A DNA stretch of 64,000 bases from Vitrella brassicaformis CCMP3155 (Eukaryota; Protista; Chromerida), in assembly GCA_001179505.1 (NCBI GenBank), contig CDMY01000603.1, positions 124,001-188,000 of the forward strand. Direction: 5' to 3'. Numbering within the stretch: position 1 is the first letter of the stretch; each line of letters starts with the position of its first letter. The notes under the pieces are model-generated. The model was not told where the DNA came from, did not search any database, and saw nothing but the letters and a program-made list of their open reading frames with translations. Below, piece after piece: positions 25,101 through 37,200 of the stretch. A program made the translations under genes and the position numbers.

Positions 25101-27489
25101 TGCCCATCAGGCGGCTGTCGTCTGGTCCAGACGGCACCGTCACGCTCGAAGGCGACGACCGTGTGTGCAGCGAGCTGCTGTGTCTCGTGCTCTGGCACGT
25201 TGGTGTGCAGGCCCGAGTGCATGAGCTGGTCCGTGACATGCAGAGGCTCTACGGCTCGACAGCCGAGCTGTACTCCCAGCTGATGCGGGAGGATGCCAGC
25301 ATCAAACAGATGACGCGCGACATTGCAAAGGACCTCGAGTCCGTGCCAACTCATGCAGTGACGCTCGTGCACCCCGCCCCCATCTCTGAAGCAGAGAAGG
25401 CGGCAGATCTGGCTGCAAGCGCAGGTGAGAGAGACACGGACCATAGACGACCACACTTGGTCATCAGCTGCTCGTGCCTCTTCTAGGAGCCCCATCAGGA
25501 CCACCAACAAAGGCTGAGGCAGCTGCTGTTGCGAGGAAGCAGCCTGTCGGCCGTCCAGAAGCCTTGGAGAAGGCCAAACGGCCGAAACAGTTGGCCAAGC
25601 AAGCCAGCCGCACCCTCGCCAAGAGCGAGCCCCCGCGCAAGCAGCCGCCGGAGGCAGCAACAAAGCTAGAGAGACGGGTTACCCGACCGTCGCGGCCAAG
25701 CGCAGCGCTCGTGCCTGTGGTGCCCAGGTATGAGCCCGGAGTTGGACTGAAGATGTCTCAGCAAGCCATGGACTTCGGGCAGCAGCTCATCAGAGAGTAC
25801 GGCGAAGACACGGTAAAGCAGCAGCACAGTTGAGCTACGGACAGGCTAGTCCATTCCGCGATTCTTTTGCTGGTTTCAGACCCCGCTGACGGAGGACATC
25901 AATGCCGACGACATCATCCTGGCGGCGCATCCATCAGTGTTCACCCCCTCGCGAGAAGACAAAGGGCTCGGCAGGGGCCTCTCCTCCCTCACCAAGGACG
26001 ATGCCTTGGCTTGGATGCAGAAAGAGCTCGGATATAGGAAGCTGCTCGAGGTCAACGCCAGGAAGTTTGGCCTCAACGTGGGCTGGGCGGCCGGCGGGCC
26101 TCCTGAGATCCCTGCCATGCAGGGCGCTGTGGTGCAACGGGGTCCGGACACAATGACCAGGATACTGTACAAGTCACGGTGAGCAAGCTGAGGAAGTAAG
26201 ACACACATGCACGTCAAACCCTCGCTTGCTTTGGGTGATCTGATCTGTTCATCCATCCAGGCTGTTTCCTCTGTGGGTAAGCTGTCTCGATCCCGAAGCT
26301 TTGACCTCATGGCTCGCGGGCGGGAGCGTGCCTGTGTCTCTTTCGTTGCGTACATGCATGCGTCCGTGCAGGCATGTTTACAGCCGGTGGAGTTCCTTCA
26401 GTGTCGGATGCAGATCATCCAGATGCTCAATGAGGGCGCGCAGATCGCATACCTGGAACACGAACGCAACTTGAGATTCGCCGCATGCTTCATGTGAGCG
26501 AGAACCATCGACAGACATGGACGAGTGACCCTTTGTGTGTGTCTCTCAGGTTGCTGGGCTCTTCCGTGTGTGGCAACCTGAATATCCTGGGCGATCCCAC
26601 GCACCTGTGCGCCAAGCCGCTGCTTATTGAAATGGCATTCCAGCTGCTCGTAAACATCATGGACAGACAAGGGCATGTCAGACAAATCTCCTCCTGCCTT
26701 TCAGGTCGGTTACATCATCATATCCCTCAGGCCCAGTTCTGTGGCTGAGGGTCGCAGCGTCTCGCCTGACCGACAGGCCTCCCATGCTGCTGTCCCACTG
26801 CTGAATGACGTGCCTCTTCCCCCGCCCCCAAACGCACAGACGCTCGCAGCTTGTCGGTTCCTGCAGATGGCCGTCGGCAGCCTCGTGGGCCTCTCAGTGC
26901 TGCACACCTCCCGCAGGGCCACACTCGAGGCATACTTGTTCGACGCTGCCCTGTCGGTCGCATACTTCCTGCCCGCCAACCACAAGCTGCAGGCAGGCGA
27001 ATTGATCGATGCATGTCTCTCACCAATGCCCGTGTCTCTCTCTTTGTTTGTCTCTCCTGTTGCTGTGTGGTCCTGGAGCAGGTGGCAGCGGAGTCGTATT
27101 TCCAGCAATGCACACAGCGTTATTTGTCTCTCAGCCAGCCAGTGCGGTACATGCGTGCCTGCCTCCGGTATGCCGCCGTCCTGCACTGCCAGAGGCTCGT
27201 CCACGAGGCAGAGCATTTCATCACCAAGGCGCTGGGATTGTTGGCCGAGTCGCAAAAGGCCAGCAAGCTCTCCCTCGCGCTCAACCACAATGCAGCTGTG
27301 GCCATCGCGTCTTCCAGGGCCCCATTGGACGTCCGCCGAGCGTGCCAGGACCACATGCAGGCCTGCCAGGACATCCTGCTGTCTCCGGCGCGCCAGACCA
27401 TCAGCACCGCTGCCGTGGCGCACATCTGCAGCACACACGCACTCTTGGAGCGATCCCTGCCGATATCAGATGAAAGGACGCAGGAATAG
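22178..27489 (+). CDS. Large uncharacterised helical protein with one IQ motif and a TPR-like C-terminus; may be a continuation of the upstream gene
   Basis: Long open exons (23205-24245, 24428-25486, 26851-27489) with GT-AG borders, the IQ-like LQAFMRGALLR, and a stop at 27487-27489. Confidence 0.6.
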
Positions 27490-27925
27490 TGAAACATTTG
27501 TATGTAGAAATGTGACATACGCATATGGGGCCGTTGGTCGCAGGCTGACATATCGCACTCGCATGCGTGTCTGCACGTTTCATGATGGCCGGCTCGTCTA
27601 CTATGCAGCCAGGCTTTCCATGTCTCACCCGAATCTCTATGGCGCTTTTCTCAAAAGTGATGTCTGCTATATGCATGCGTATCGTTCCGTGTTTTCCGCA
27701 GTGGTGGGCACTAATGTCATCAATCCAGCAGATTCCCTTGCACGACGCATCACTTTCCTTGTCAGCTCGCTACTTGCCTGTCTTTCCATTTCTGTCTGAC
27801 AGCACGTCGGCGATCTGTCTCCCATTCGAACACGTCAGAGACACTCCAAAATCAGCTGCTGTCACTCGTGCACGAAGGAAAAATGTGGGCAGAAGTCAGA
27901 GGGCTCGACATGGACGCCATCCGGA

Positions 27926-30835
27926 TTAACAACCTGCCGCATCCAAGAGGCACAACGGATTCAGCACACACCGCCTTTCAGTTGCTGGAAGCAGGTGTAC
28001 CCTGGCCATAGTCGCATAGAAAAAGGCCAGAATCCCTAGAGCGATACTCAAGTTCGCCCACAGGCATACAAGTGTGCGATTCCACAGTACGCCCCTCTCT
28101 TCCTCTGATCGCGTGAGTGGCAAATTATGCCACCTGATCATCACCTGGCGAGAAGAGCACAGATTGACAAGATATGTATTGGTGGTCGGCATAGATATGT
28201 TGTCTTACAACAAAGAGGAAGGCCTCGGCAGCTGCCTCTAGTAAGACCAAAATGATCAGGGCGCCGAGTTCCTTAAGAAAGATGCTGAGAGAAGGACCTG
28301 GCGGCAGTACTTGATGGCCGACCATTACAGCGAGATTCGTGGCTACGAGGACAGTGCTCTCCATTAGAGAATACATCTGAGCAGAGGAAGGGATAAAGAG
28401 AGAAAGAGATGGGGCAACGACATGTTGTCGTCCGTCTGTGTGTATCCACTCGTCAACTCACGTGCATCTGCTCGGTCAGCTGACGAATGTATCGAGGTGT
28501 TAGCTCTAGTGAGGCGAATCTGAAGCGAAAAGCAAGCCCCGCCACGGCGTCGGCCGGTGGCCTTCGCCGATATGTGTGCATTTCGTGTGCCCGTGGTACG
28601 TACGCTGAGGTGACAGAGACGACGTCCCTGAAAGTCGATGCTGAGCGCCTTATCTTCTCGCCGATGGAGCTTATCGATGAGCTCACGGTCGTCATAACAG
28701 TGCCTTGCCGTTGGAGAAATGCAGACCCCGTTTCACGATTATCGATCGTGTCTGTCACGTCGACTTTCATATTGTCACATGATTCGTCAGGGGCCTTCGT
28801 ACAGCGGCCAGAGAGAAAGAATCGTTTTGCGCCGACGTACAGCAAAATGCCTGTATGGCACACGCTGAGTAGAAGAGAGGTCATGAATGCCCGTCCTTTT
28901 CTCATCCGGTGCCTACCGTGAGGCAGAAACAGGTCGGTAATAAGATCATAACTATAGGAGACAGAAAGGGGACCGTGTGCTTCTTGCTGTCTGGCTGTTC
29001 CGTCCTTCTTACAGTAACCTGACAATCAAGATCGAATTCATGACCTTGCTGCCGAAGCTGATCATTCTTGCCTAGAGTCAAGTAAGGGGCACGCATAAGA
29101 GCTGGTGACACGGACAGAGAACCATTACCTGAAGGACCCTGACAATTCCAACATCCCACAGAACCAAGCAGGGAGAGGTTCAGGAACAAACACACCACAT
29201 AAGCGCGTTTTCGTGCCCACCGGGGTATCACCAAATAAGCGGACGCGATTACTGAAATCGGAGGAGCCCCATACGTTGGCGGTCCATCCTGATTAACAGA
29301 CACGTACAAATTAAGCTCGGTTCCATCGCTATATACCTGTCAAGGTAACTCACCCGTATGGACCGCAAGAGTTTGTTCGCTGTGTGTGCCCGACAAAAAT
29401 GCAGACACAGAAAGACACATGCAGACGAGTAGGGAGATGTGTTTGTACTTAGACCGACCCAGAGACACGAGCGGCCACCCGACAATCAGAGAGATTAACG
29501 CCAGCTGGGTCCTTTGATTATCATCGTGCAGCGCCACCCCAACTGGCAAGACATATTGCAGATATATTTGGCCCTGCAGAAAGCCGAGACAGGAGACACT
29601 TGCAAGCTTCAGGGCGTAATCCTGTTTGTTCTTCATTCCGGTGGCCCCAGCAAAGCTCCGGAAATAGGCATATGGTGCCACAACAAGGCAGCACCACCAC
29701 ATGATAGCGATCACATTTCGCCTCCACATGACATCCCAGCGGGCGTGATTGGCCACAGAAATGAGAATGGACACGATCATTGGAATACCGAATATGAATC
29801 GAGATCTCCACAGCCGAGACACGATCCTCCTCCCGCTGCATCCATCGGTGACGTGCACAACCACCAGGATTATCAGGAATGCAACCAGAATTCGACGCAC
29901 GACGTCAAAAGCGATCCCCAGGATACCCGTCGATTCGCATGGACGAACGCAAATTAGCAACAGTGCAACAATACACAGGCTTACGCCGACGGCCGCCGCC
30001 AGCTGCCATAGAATAACTCGAAGGACTCGCTTGATGGTCGTCTTAAGCGGCTCTGGGCTGAAATGCGCGCCGACAAGCACTTCTGTTGTGCTGCCGTCAG
30101 GATGGCTTATCGTCTTGTACTCGAGAATTGTTGGATGTTCTTCGTATGCCGCTTCGTATCCTGCAGCCTCCCTGGACAGGCAGGGAGAACAGAGAGGCGT
30201 TCATTTGAGGCAATTCGGTAATATCATACCTAAAGTCCCGTACCGACTCCGTTATCGCACGCTCCTCACGACGCAACTGACGACGAGAGGATTCTCTCGT
30301 GTCGACGTGTTCCTCGGCATCTCCTCTGTCATCACTCATGCGATCCTTATGGGGCTGCCTTGTGGCGCAAGGCAGCGCTGACCCGGCAGCACGTGTCTCT
30401 GGTCCACGGCTGACTGTGCTGATGATTCTTCTCCGCAGCGGCGACCTTGTCTGTCAATGTGAAGGCGGTGCTCGTCGACGAGAGTGCTGTTCGATAGAAA
30501 GGTGGTTGCCCCGCACTGTGTTCTTCGTCATCTTGGGTGCCGCTGGGCTGGCCGGGGGGCTGCTTGACAGCATGATCAACAACGGTGTCTTGCGGTTGCG
30601 CGGTGCTGTCCCCTGCCTGTGTGTCGTCCTGGTGGCCGATCTGGGAAGGTGTGAGCACGATGTGGTCGCCATCGGCTGGCCTGTTGCCTTCTTCGATGGG
30701 GTCAGTCCCGTGCTGGTTGGATGAGATGCTGATCACATCCAGATCTGGCTCTGAGTCGCCGTGCACCTGACAGGGCTTCAAGGCGGCTATCCCCCTGGCC
30801 GGCGAGAGAGGACAAGGGCTGTTCCTCGGTGACAT
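27926..30835 (-). CDS. Uncharacterised multi-pass membrane protein, copy 2; 10-nt frameshifting insertion in the N-terminal region (or a start at Met 30339)
   Basis: Homologous to 12278-14756 throughout (EAAGYEAAYEEHPTILEYKTISHPDGSTTEVLVGAHFSPEPL...; VMIRWHNLP...). About 9 introns traced. Confidence 0.7.
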
Positions 30836-30987
30836 CTCCGTCTTAGCGCGGCCCGAAATCACGGGGTATCACGGGGAGCTCGCAGTGTGGCGAAGGAGGA
30901 AGGCGAGTGCTACAGTGTGTCAAGCATGAAATTCCCTCCTCCGTCGGGCTGTCGGGACTCGCTACGCGTTCGCCGCGTTTCGCGAAA

Positions 30988-30995
30988 TGCATGCA
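30988..30995. promoter_or_regulatory. TGCATGCA palindrome in the divergent promoter (ApiAP2-type motif)
   Basis: Sequence aaaTGCATGCAaag lies between ATG 30835 (-) and ATG 31140 (+). TGCATGCA is a known ApiAP2 site in apicomplexans but is also common in this window. Confidence 0.3.
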
Positions 30996-31139
30996 AAGCC
31001 CCCAAGCTCGCATGGAAGCCCCCACCAACGGAACCGAAGGGGATTGCTAGCTTTTGCTCCTCGCGGACGGACAATTTGGACACGGCAAGAGCGTGCCTCC
31101 CTCAGCCAGCTTCGCGGGTCCTGAATTTTTCCAACATCG

Positions 31140-33677
31140 ATGGGTGCCGAGGTGAGTTTGTTGGTAGAATCTCATCTTCAGTCGACGACGGCGTCCTCCC
31201 TGTGCCCGGCGGCCTCTCTGCTGCACGAGGCACGATTCGATGTTCAGCAGCTCTGCGACATCTTCAATCGCTTCGCCGATAATGAGAAAGGCAGTGCTCG
31301 GATTCCTGCGAAGTCTCTGCAGAAGTCGCTGCATCCCATTCCGGTCAAGAACGCACAGAGTCTGTTTCAACACTTCACCTTTGATCAGGTATGATCTATC
31401 TTCTCTCCACTGCATTCCATCATGTCGTTGGTCTCTCTGCTCTCATGTCGTCTCTCCACTACGTCGTCTCTCCACTACACTGGCAGGCTAGGGTGAGCTC
31501 GATGATCAATCGCATTCATTGGCCATGCAGCATTATCGGCGTCTCTGCTTGCGTGTGCAGGCTGACATCGTCGAAGTTCTTATTGCCGCTTTGATCCTCA
31601 CAGCCGCCATCACACCCATCACCAAACTTCGACTCTCCTTTGTGTTCTTCGATCTCTCGGCGGAGAAGAGCCTCACCTTCACCGAGTTCTATCTGCTCAT
31701 CCGCGTCTTCACCTCAGCGTTAATGAAAGTGCTCAATGTGCCAGCCAAAGGCAGGAGCCGGGCTGTTGCCGAGGCAGAGTCGACCGCAGAGGAGGTGTTC
31801 AATGAGATGGAGAACGGCGACGGGGTGGTACAACTCGCGGATTATATCGCCTTCTGCACGGGCAACCAGACCGTCATGGCCGTATTACACAAGTTCTCCG
31901 CTGCCGAGAGCGGAGACAAGACGCCGGCACACGAGAGGATATCGATCTCGTGGGAAGGACGCGACAAAAAGGCCTCATCGGTGATGCTCGAGTGGACAAA
32001 TGAGGAAAATGCCTTTTCGATGCCATTCTTCTGCAAGAAGCACAAGGAGCGCCATTGTCGGCCACTGACACGGCTGGACGTCATGCTGCTCTATAAGCTC
32101 TTCAAGGTGCGCGACCTAGGAATTCGTCTATGGCCGTGTCTCGCTACAAGCACTGCATTTGTATGCGTGCGGGCATGTGTGTCAGAAGCTAGATGCTTCC
32201 AAGACGGGCAAGATCACTTACGAGGATCTTTTGAATGTGGTTAAACAAAAGACAAAGGACACGTAAGCCAATCACACGAAGGCAGCAATGTTGGGGGTCC
32301 TTCATTTGGGTATCGCTGTCCTTTTCCCTCTTCATCGAGATAGGAAGGGAGGTGAAGAGGCTGCCATGGCTGTGCAGGTGCACATCGCTTCGTAATCGTC
32401 CTGACATGTCTGCTGATCCTGATGACATTGGTGTGTGTATGCGCCTTGCAGGCAAAGATGTTTGCTGGCACTCTTGCGACTCTGTTGTCGACCAGCGCCT
32501 CCCAGAGAGAGGAGCAGAGCTACGATATCAGAGAGTGAGCAATTGTCGATGCATGTCGAAATTGACATCCTCTCGCTGTTGCAGATTTCTGTCGGTGTTC
32601 AATCCATGTTCAAGCGACAGGCACCACGATATATATAAGAGATGGATTCACGAGGAGGAGAGGGAGACACTGGCTGTGGAAAGTAGCCTCAAGGCTTATA
32701 TGCTACGGCCGGTCATCCCAGCAGAGGAACGTCTGGAGCTGGAGCAGATTTTCCGATCGATCGACGCCAGTGGCGACGGTGTCATCACACTCGAAGAAAT
32801 GAAGCAGTCACAGTTCTTTTCGCAGTAAGCCTGAGTAGGGGATGGACTTAATGACAGGACGAGATACTGACCTGTTTCTTTGTGCATGTCTCCTATGGGT
32901 GACCCACAGGGACGTCGCATCCTCCTTGATAACGCAGCACTCACTCAAGGGAAGTGACAGCCTCAGTCTTGAGGAATTCCTCATCATGGTCAGCCTGCAA
33001 AAGCACTGTGTTGAAGGAAGTCAGATAAACGCACCCAGCCAGCCAGCATCAGATTCTGAGAGACACATGTGTCTGTGTGCAGATGTGCCCGCCCGAGTAT
33101 CGCATCCCAACAAGGTACGAGAAGTTTCTGCCCCTGTACCAGTGGATGATCGAAGAGGAGTTCCTCATGCGCAAAAGAGGTCGGACCTTCAAGGAGAAGG
33201 AGCGCTTCTCGCCGGAGACGCAGGACTCAAGCAGCTCTCTGCCTGAGGTGGAAGGCGCCTCCCTGATCCGCATTCAGGAGCTCTTCCTCACCGTCGACTG
33301 GCTGTCCACACAGCCGGGAACAATCACCAAGTACTGACTGACACACGAACCATATCCTCCACACATCAGCCTAACGTCCGAGTGATGGATGCCTCTGTTT
33401 TTTGGTTGGCCATTGCAGAGACGACTTGCTGAATTCTGGGCTGGTGCCTCGACGCATCGTTTCCTACATCCAGACAAACGCCAAGAGGCGAGAAGTGCCT
33501 GTCGAGGGCCCCTGGGACATGGACACCTTCTGTCGCATCGCCGTGCCATCGAACTACGGCCTGCCACCGCCGAGCAGAGCGGTGATGTCTCGGCGTCAGT
33601 CGAGGTATGATCCGCTCAGGGCATCGCGTCACGGCAGCCACAGGGGGTCCATTGCCTCACTAGCCTCTCCTCGCTGA
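31140..33677 (+). CDS. Multi-EF-hand calcium-binding protein (calcineurin B/NCS-like N-terminal half, further EF-hands downstream)
   Basis: N-terminal MGAEVS (possible myristoylation). KLRLSFVFFDLSAEKSLTFTEF, ENGDGVVQLADY, DASKTGKITYEDL and DASGDGVITLEEM loops. Last exon ends SLASPR* at 33677. Confidence 0.8.
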
Positions 33678-34200
33678 CCAAGAGGAATTCTGAGTGATGT
33701 GTAGGGCGGCATACATCGCACTGTCGCAGGCAGTGGAGATTTTGTCTTCGGGTTTTTGTGCGATCGGTCGAGCTTACTCAGGACTGACTTACTCATTCAT
33801 GACTGACAGCCTGACATTTTTTGGTATGTTGGTCTCGCACAAGCTGTCTCTCGTTGTCCTGCGAGTCGGTGCCTGCCTGGAACGATTGACGTATTCTCTG
33901 CCCCATGCGGACAGGCGCCAAGGGGGCAGCGAGCATCAAATATGAGTCCGTGCCAAGTGTGCGTGAAGGATGACAATCGATGGCCTGGCGCCTTGTCGCT
34001 GCAAACTGACTGTGCAATGGAGTATCTTGTGATTGCAAATCTCGACGAGGGGGTCGGCTGGCTGTACAGATGGTGTCTCTCTCTCTGTCTGTCTGTCTGT
34101 CTGTCGGCACACCGACGCCTCAGGTCTCATGACACATACACGCATATGCATAAAGCATCAGACAGACACCACACTACCTACCACGCCTCTATGCATCAGT

Positions 34201-37200
34201 CTAGTCTGTCTGCTCCCACATCCCCACAGCTATCTCCATCCCCACTGTCAGCGGCAGCTGGTCCACCCACCCGCCCTTCACCAGCCGACCCAACACACAG
34301 CTTCGCTCCTCCCCTCCCACACAATCCAGCAACAGCCGCCGCCCAACCACCGCATATGCAGAACGCCGTGGCCTCCGACCGCCATCGCCACTCGCCAGCT
34401 GCAGCAGCCGGTCCGCCAGCTCCAGACGAGGCACGGTTGGCAGCATGTGCTTGATGCCTGTCAGTGTGGCGTCCAGGAGGGAGGGTGTGAGAGAGGCACA
34501 TGGGGTGCTCCTGAGGGCGGCCAGGAGGAAGGGCAGCAGGGAAGACGGAAGGCCGCCTTTGGTCAGCTCCGGGACGACACCACACGCGTATCCGAGACGC
34601 ACAAACCCGTGGATGCCCTCTGCTTCCCCCAGCAACAGCTCCACAAGCCCGCTGCGAATGTGGAAGCCCAGAACGCCGCCCTCCGGCTCACTCTCACACA
34701 CATCCATCCCTCCAGCCCCTCGCAGCACTGCCACATCGCCCATACAAGAGTGCTGATGCAGCTGCACCTCTGCAGGCCCGATAGCCGGCACAGCAAGGGC
34801 CAAAGCGAGCCGGCATATCCACTCGGTGAGCTGGTGTGCGAGGGACCGGTCGTCATGTGCCCACAATAGAGGCAGCATGCGGACGAGGTAGGAGGCGAGG
34901 TTGCGGATGGCCTGCTCAGGCACCTGGATGAATGAGGGGCGGGGGGGCGAGGGGCAGCCGAGCGACGACGATGAGGCCAGTGCAAGCTGGCCCACAGCAT
35001 GGCTGGTGCGCAGGGTGATGGATGACGCGCAGGGGAACATTGGCGCGCTGTGAGACCGGCTCCCACCGCCTAGGAACACACAGACAGACAGCGCACAGCT
35101 GTACCAGGGTGTCGTGTCTGTGTGTGGTCTGTGTGTACGGTGTCCGCTCACTCACCGATAGTCCAAAGGCAGACGTTCCATGGGACCACAGCGGGATAGC
35201 TCCTCACAGCCAGCTCCACCGGGCCGCACACGCCATCGCCAGCACTCACGGCACCGCCAGCGCCATTGCCGTCGGCCTGCTTCTCGTCGCTCTGCGTCTC
35301 GTCGGGAGATGGGGACTGCGACGGGGCGGCCGGGGAGTTGCTCTGTGGAGCGACAAGGGGTGGTGGGTTGGCGAAGTCTTGCTGCAGCAGGCAGTGCAGG
35401 GTGGCGAGATCGGTGCCGTGGGCACCGTAATGGGAGTACCTGCACACAGACACATACACAGGGAGGCGACAAGGCGTGTGCCAGTCTCAGCTTGAATACT
35501 CCACGTGTGCGAGCCAGCTTCACTTACGTGTTGTAGATTTCTTGTCTGCTGGCCTCGCTGTGCCTGCCCACCACGAGCAGTCTCCTGGCGGCCTCGCCCC
35601 ATCCCATCCCGTTCACGGCAATGGCCGCCCTGCCCCTCGCACACTCCACCTCATCGGCCCCCTTCCTTGCCACCTGCACGTCCTTCGACCGTGATGGGTC
35701 GCGCAGCACCACTGTGCGACCGTCATGCGGTGCGACGGCCGGGAAGAATGCATCACTGAAGCGGCACGCCGTGGCCTGGTCCCACTTGCTCTCGATGAGC
35801 TGGAGCAGCTCGCGGGGCGATGCTGTGTGACAAATCCTTTCGAGCAAGGACGTTTCGTTGCCCTCTGCTGCTGCTGTCGTTGCTGTTGGTAGCGCCACGT
35901 CTGCCGTCCTGGGCAGGAGCTCCATCGTCGGCCACTGTTTACACCTGAGCAGACCCATTGCTTCCACGAGGCTGGCTGCCGCATAAGTGACCCACACACA
36001 GGCCCTAGCCACGCGTGTGTCCGGCATGGACAGCTGACGGTGGTGGTGGGTTTGGGTGTTGTTGGGGGGCATGAGTGGCCGGCTGGATGGGGGCGTGATG
36101 GGGTCGTGCTGGGGGTCTGATGGGGAGGGGTCATCGGTCTGTATGGTGGTGGATGTGTCGGTGTCGTGCCGGTCGCTAGAGGCATGCTTGGCCGTATCGG
36201 ACGAATCGAGCGAAGAGGGACGCATGTACTGAAGTGCACCACAAACGGCCGTCCACACAGGGCGACTGACACGTGAGTGTGCTTGTATGCTGTCTGGGAT
36301 GGGATGCTGTGTCTGACCTTGGTGGATAGGGTCGAGACGAAGAAGTCCCCTGCGTGCTCCACTGCTGCCTCCGGGTCACTCAGGAAGGTCACCCAGTGCT
36401 TCGATGCCGCCTCACTCCAGTCAGGCAACGACACGCCATGACTTGCATCCGTCCCCTGCAGCCGCTCGCCATCCTCCGGAGGCCCCCCCTCATCGGGCTT
36501 CCAGCCCTCAGATGGCTCTCCCAGGTCGTGTGCCATCTCTTCACCACCGACACCCCCGCCCCGTCCCACCATGGTCAGGTACCGCCTCACCTCCCCACCT
36601 CTCTCCTGGATGGCGCTCCTCAGATGCGACGCGAGTGTCCACGCTATCGTCAGCCCGCTGGACTGGTCGGCCCCGCGAGAGATCTCTCGCGACCCCTCCT
36701 TTGTCTGCTCGACCAGCGTGTCGGCTTCGATCTTCACCGATGGGGAGGCTACCATGACGTGCAGCGCCTCAAGAGCCTCACGATAGCCGGCCGACGACCA
36801 GAACGTCTTGGCGTCGAGCAGCCACTTGGCCAGAGCTGACAGGGTCTGGTGAGAAGACGCCAAGTCGACAGAGAGTGGCTGGTCGCAACGCAGCAGGGGG
36901 GGCGGACAGATGGGCGGTGGCGCCAAAGACGGGGCAGCCACCTCACCCACTGGTGGCGACACAGGGGCGACGGCTGGCTTCTCCTTCGGCCCGTGACGCG
37001 GCTTCTTGCGTCTCGGAAGTGCGTGTGACGGTGGGGAGGCGTTTCTGGCCCGTTTGGTGAGCATCGAGGACATGAAGGGGTCTGACGGGGCTGCGGGGTA
37101 GGGCTGGTGCAGACGGGAGGTGACGAAGGGGAAAGAGGTGGGCGGGCCGACCTGGCCCTTTGCCAGCACATCGACCAAACCCTCCTCAAACACCTAATAC

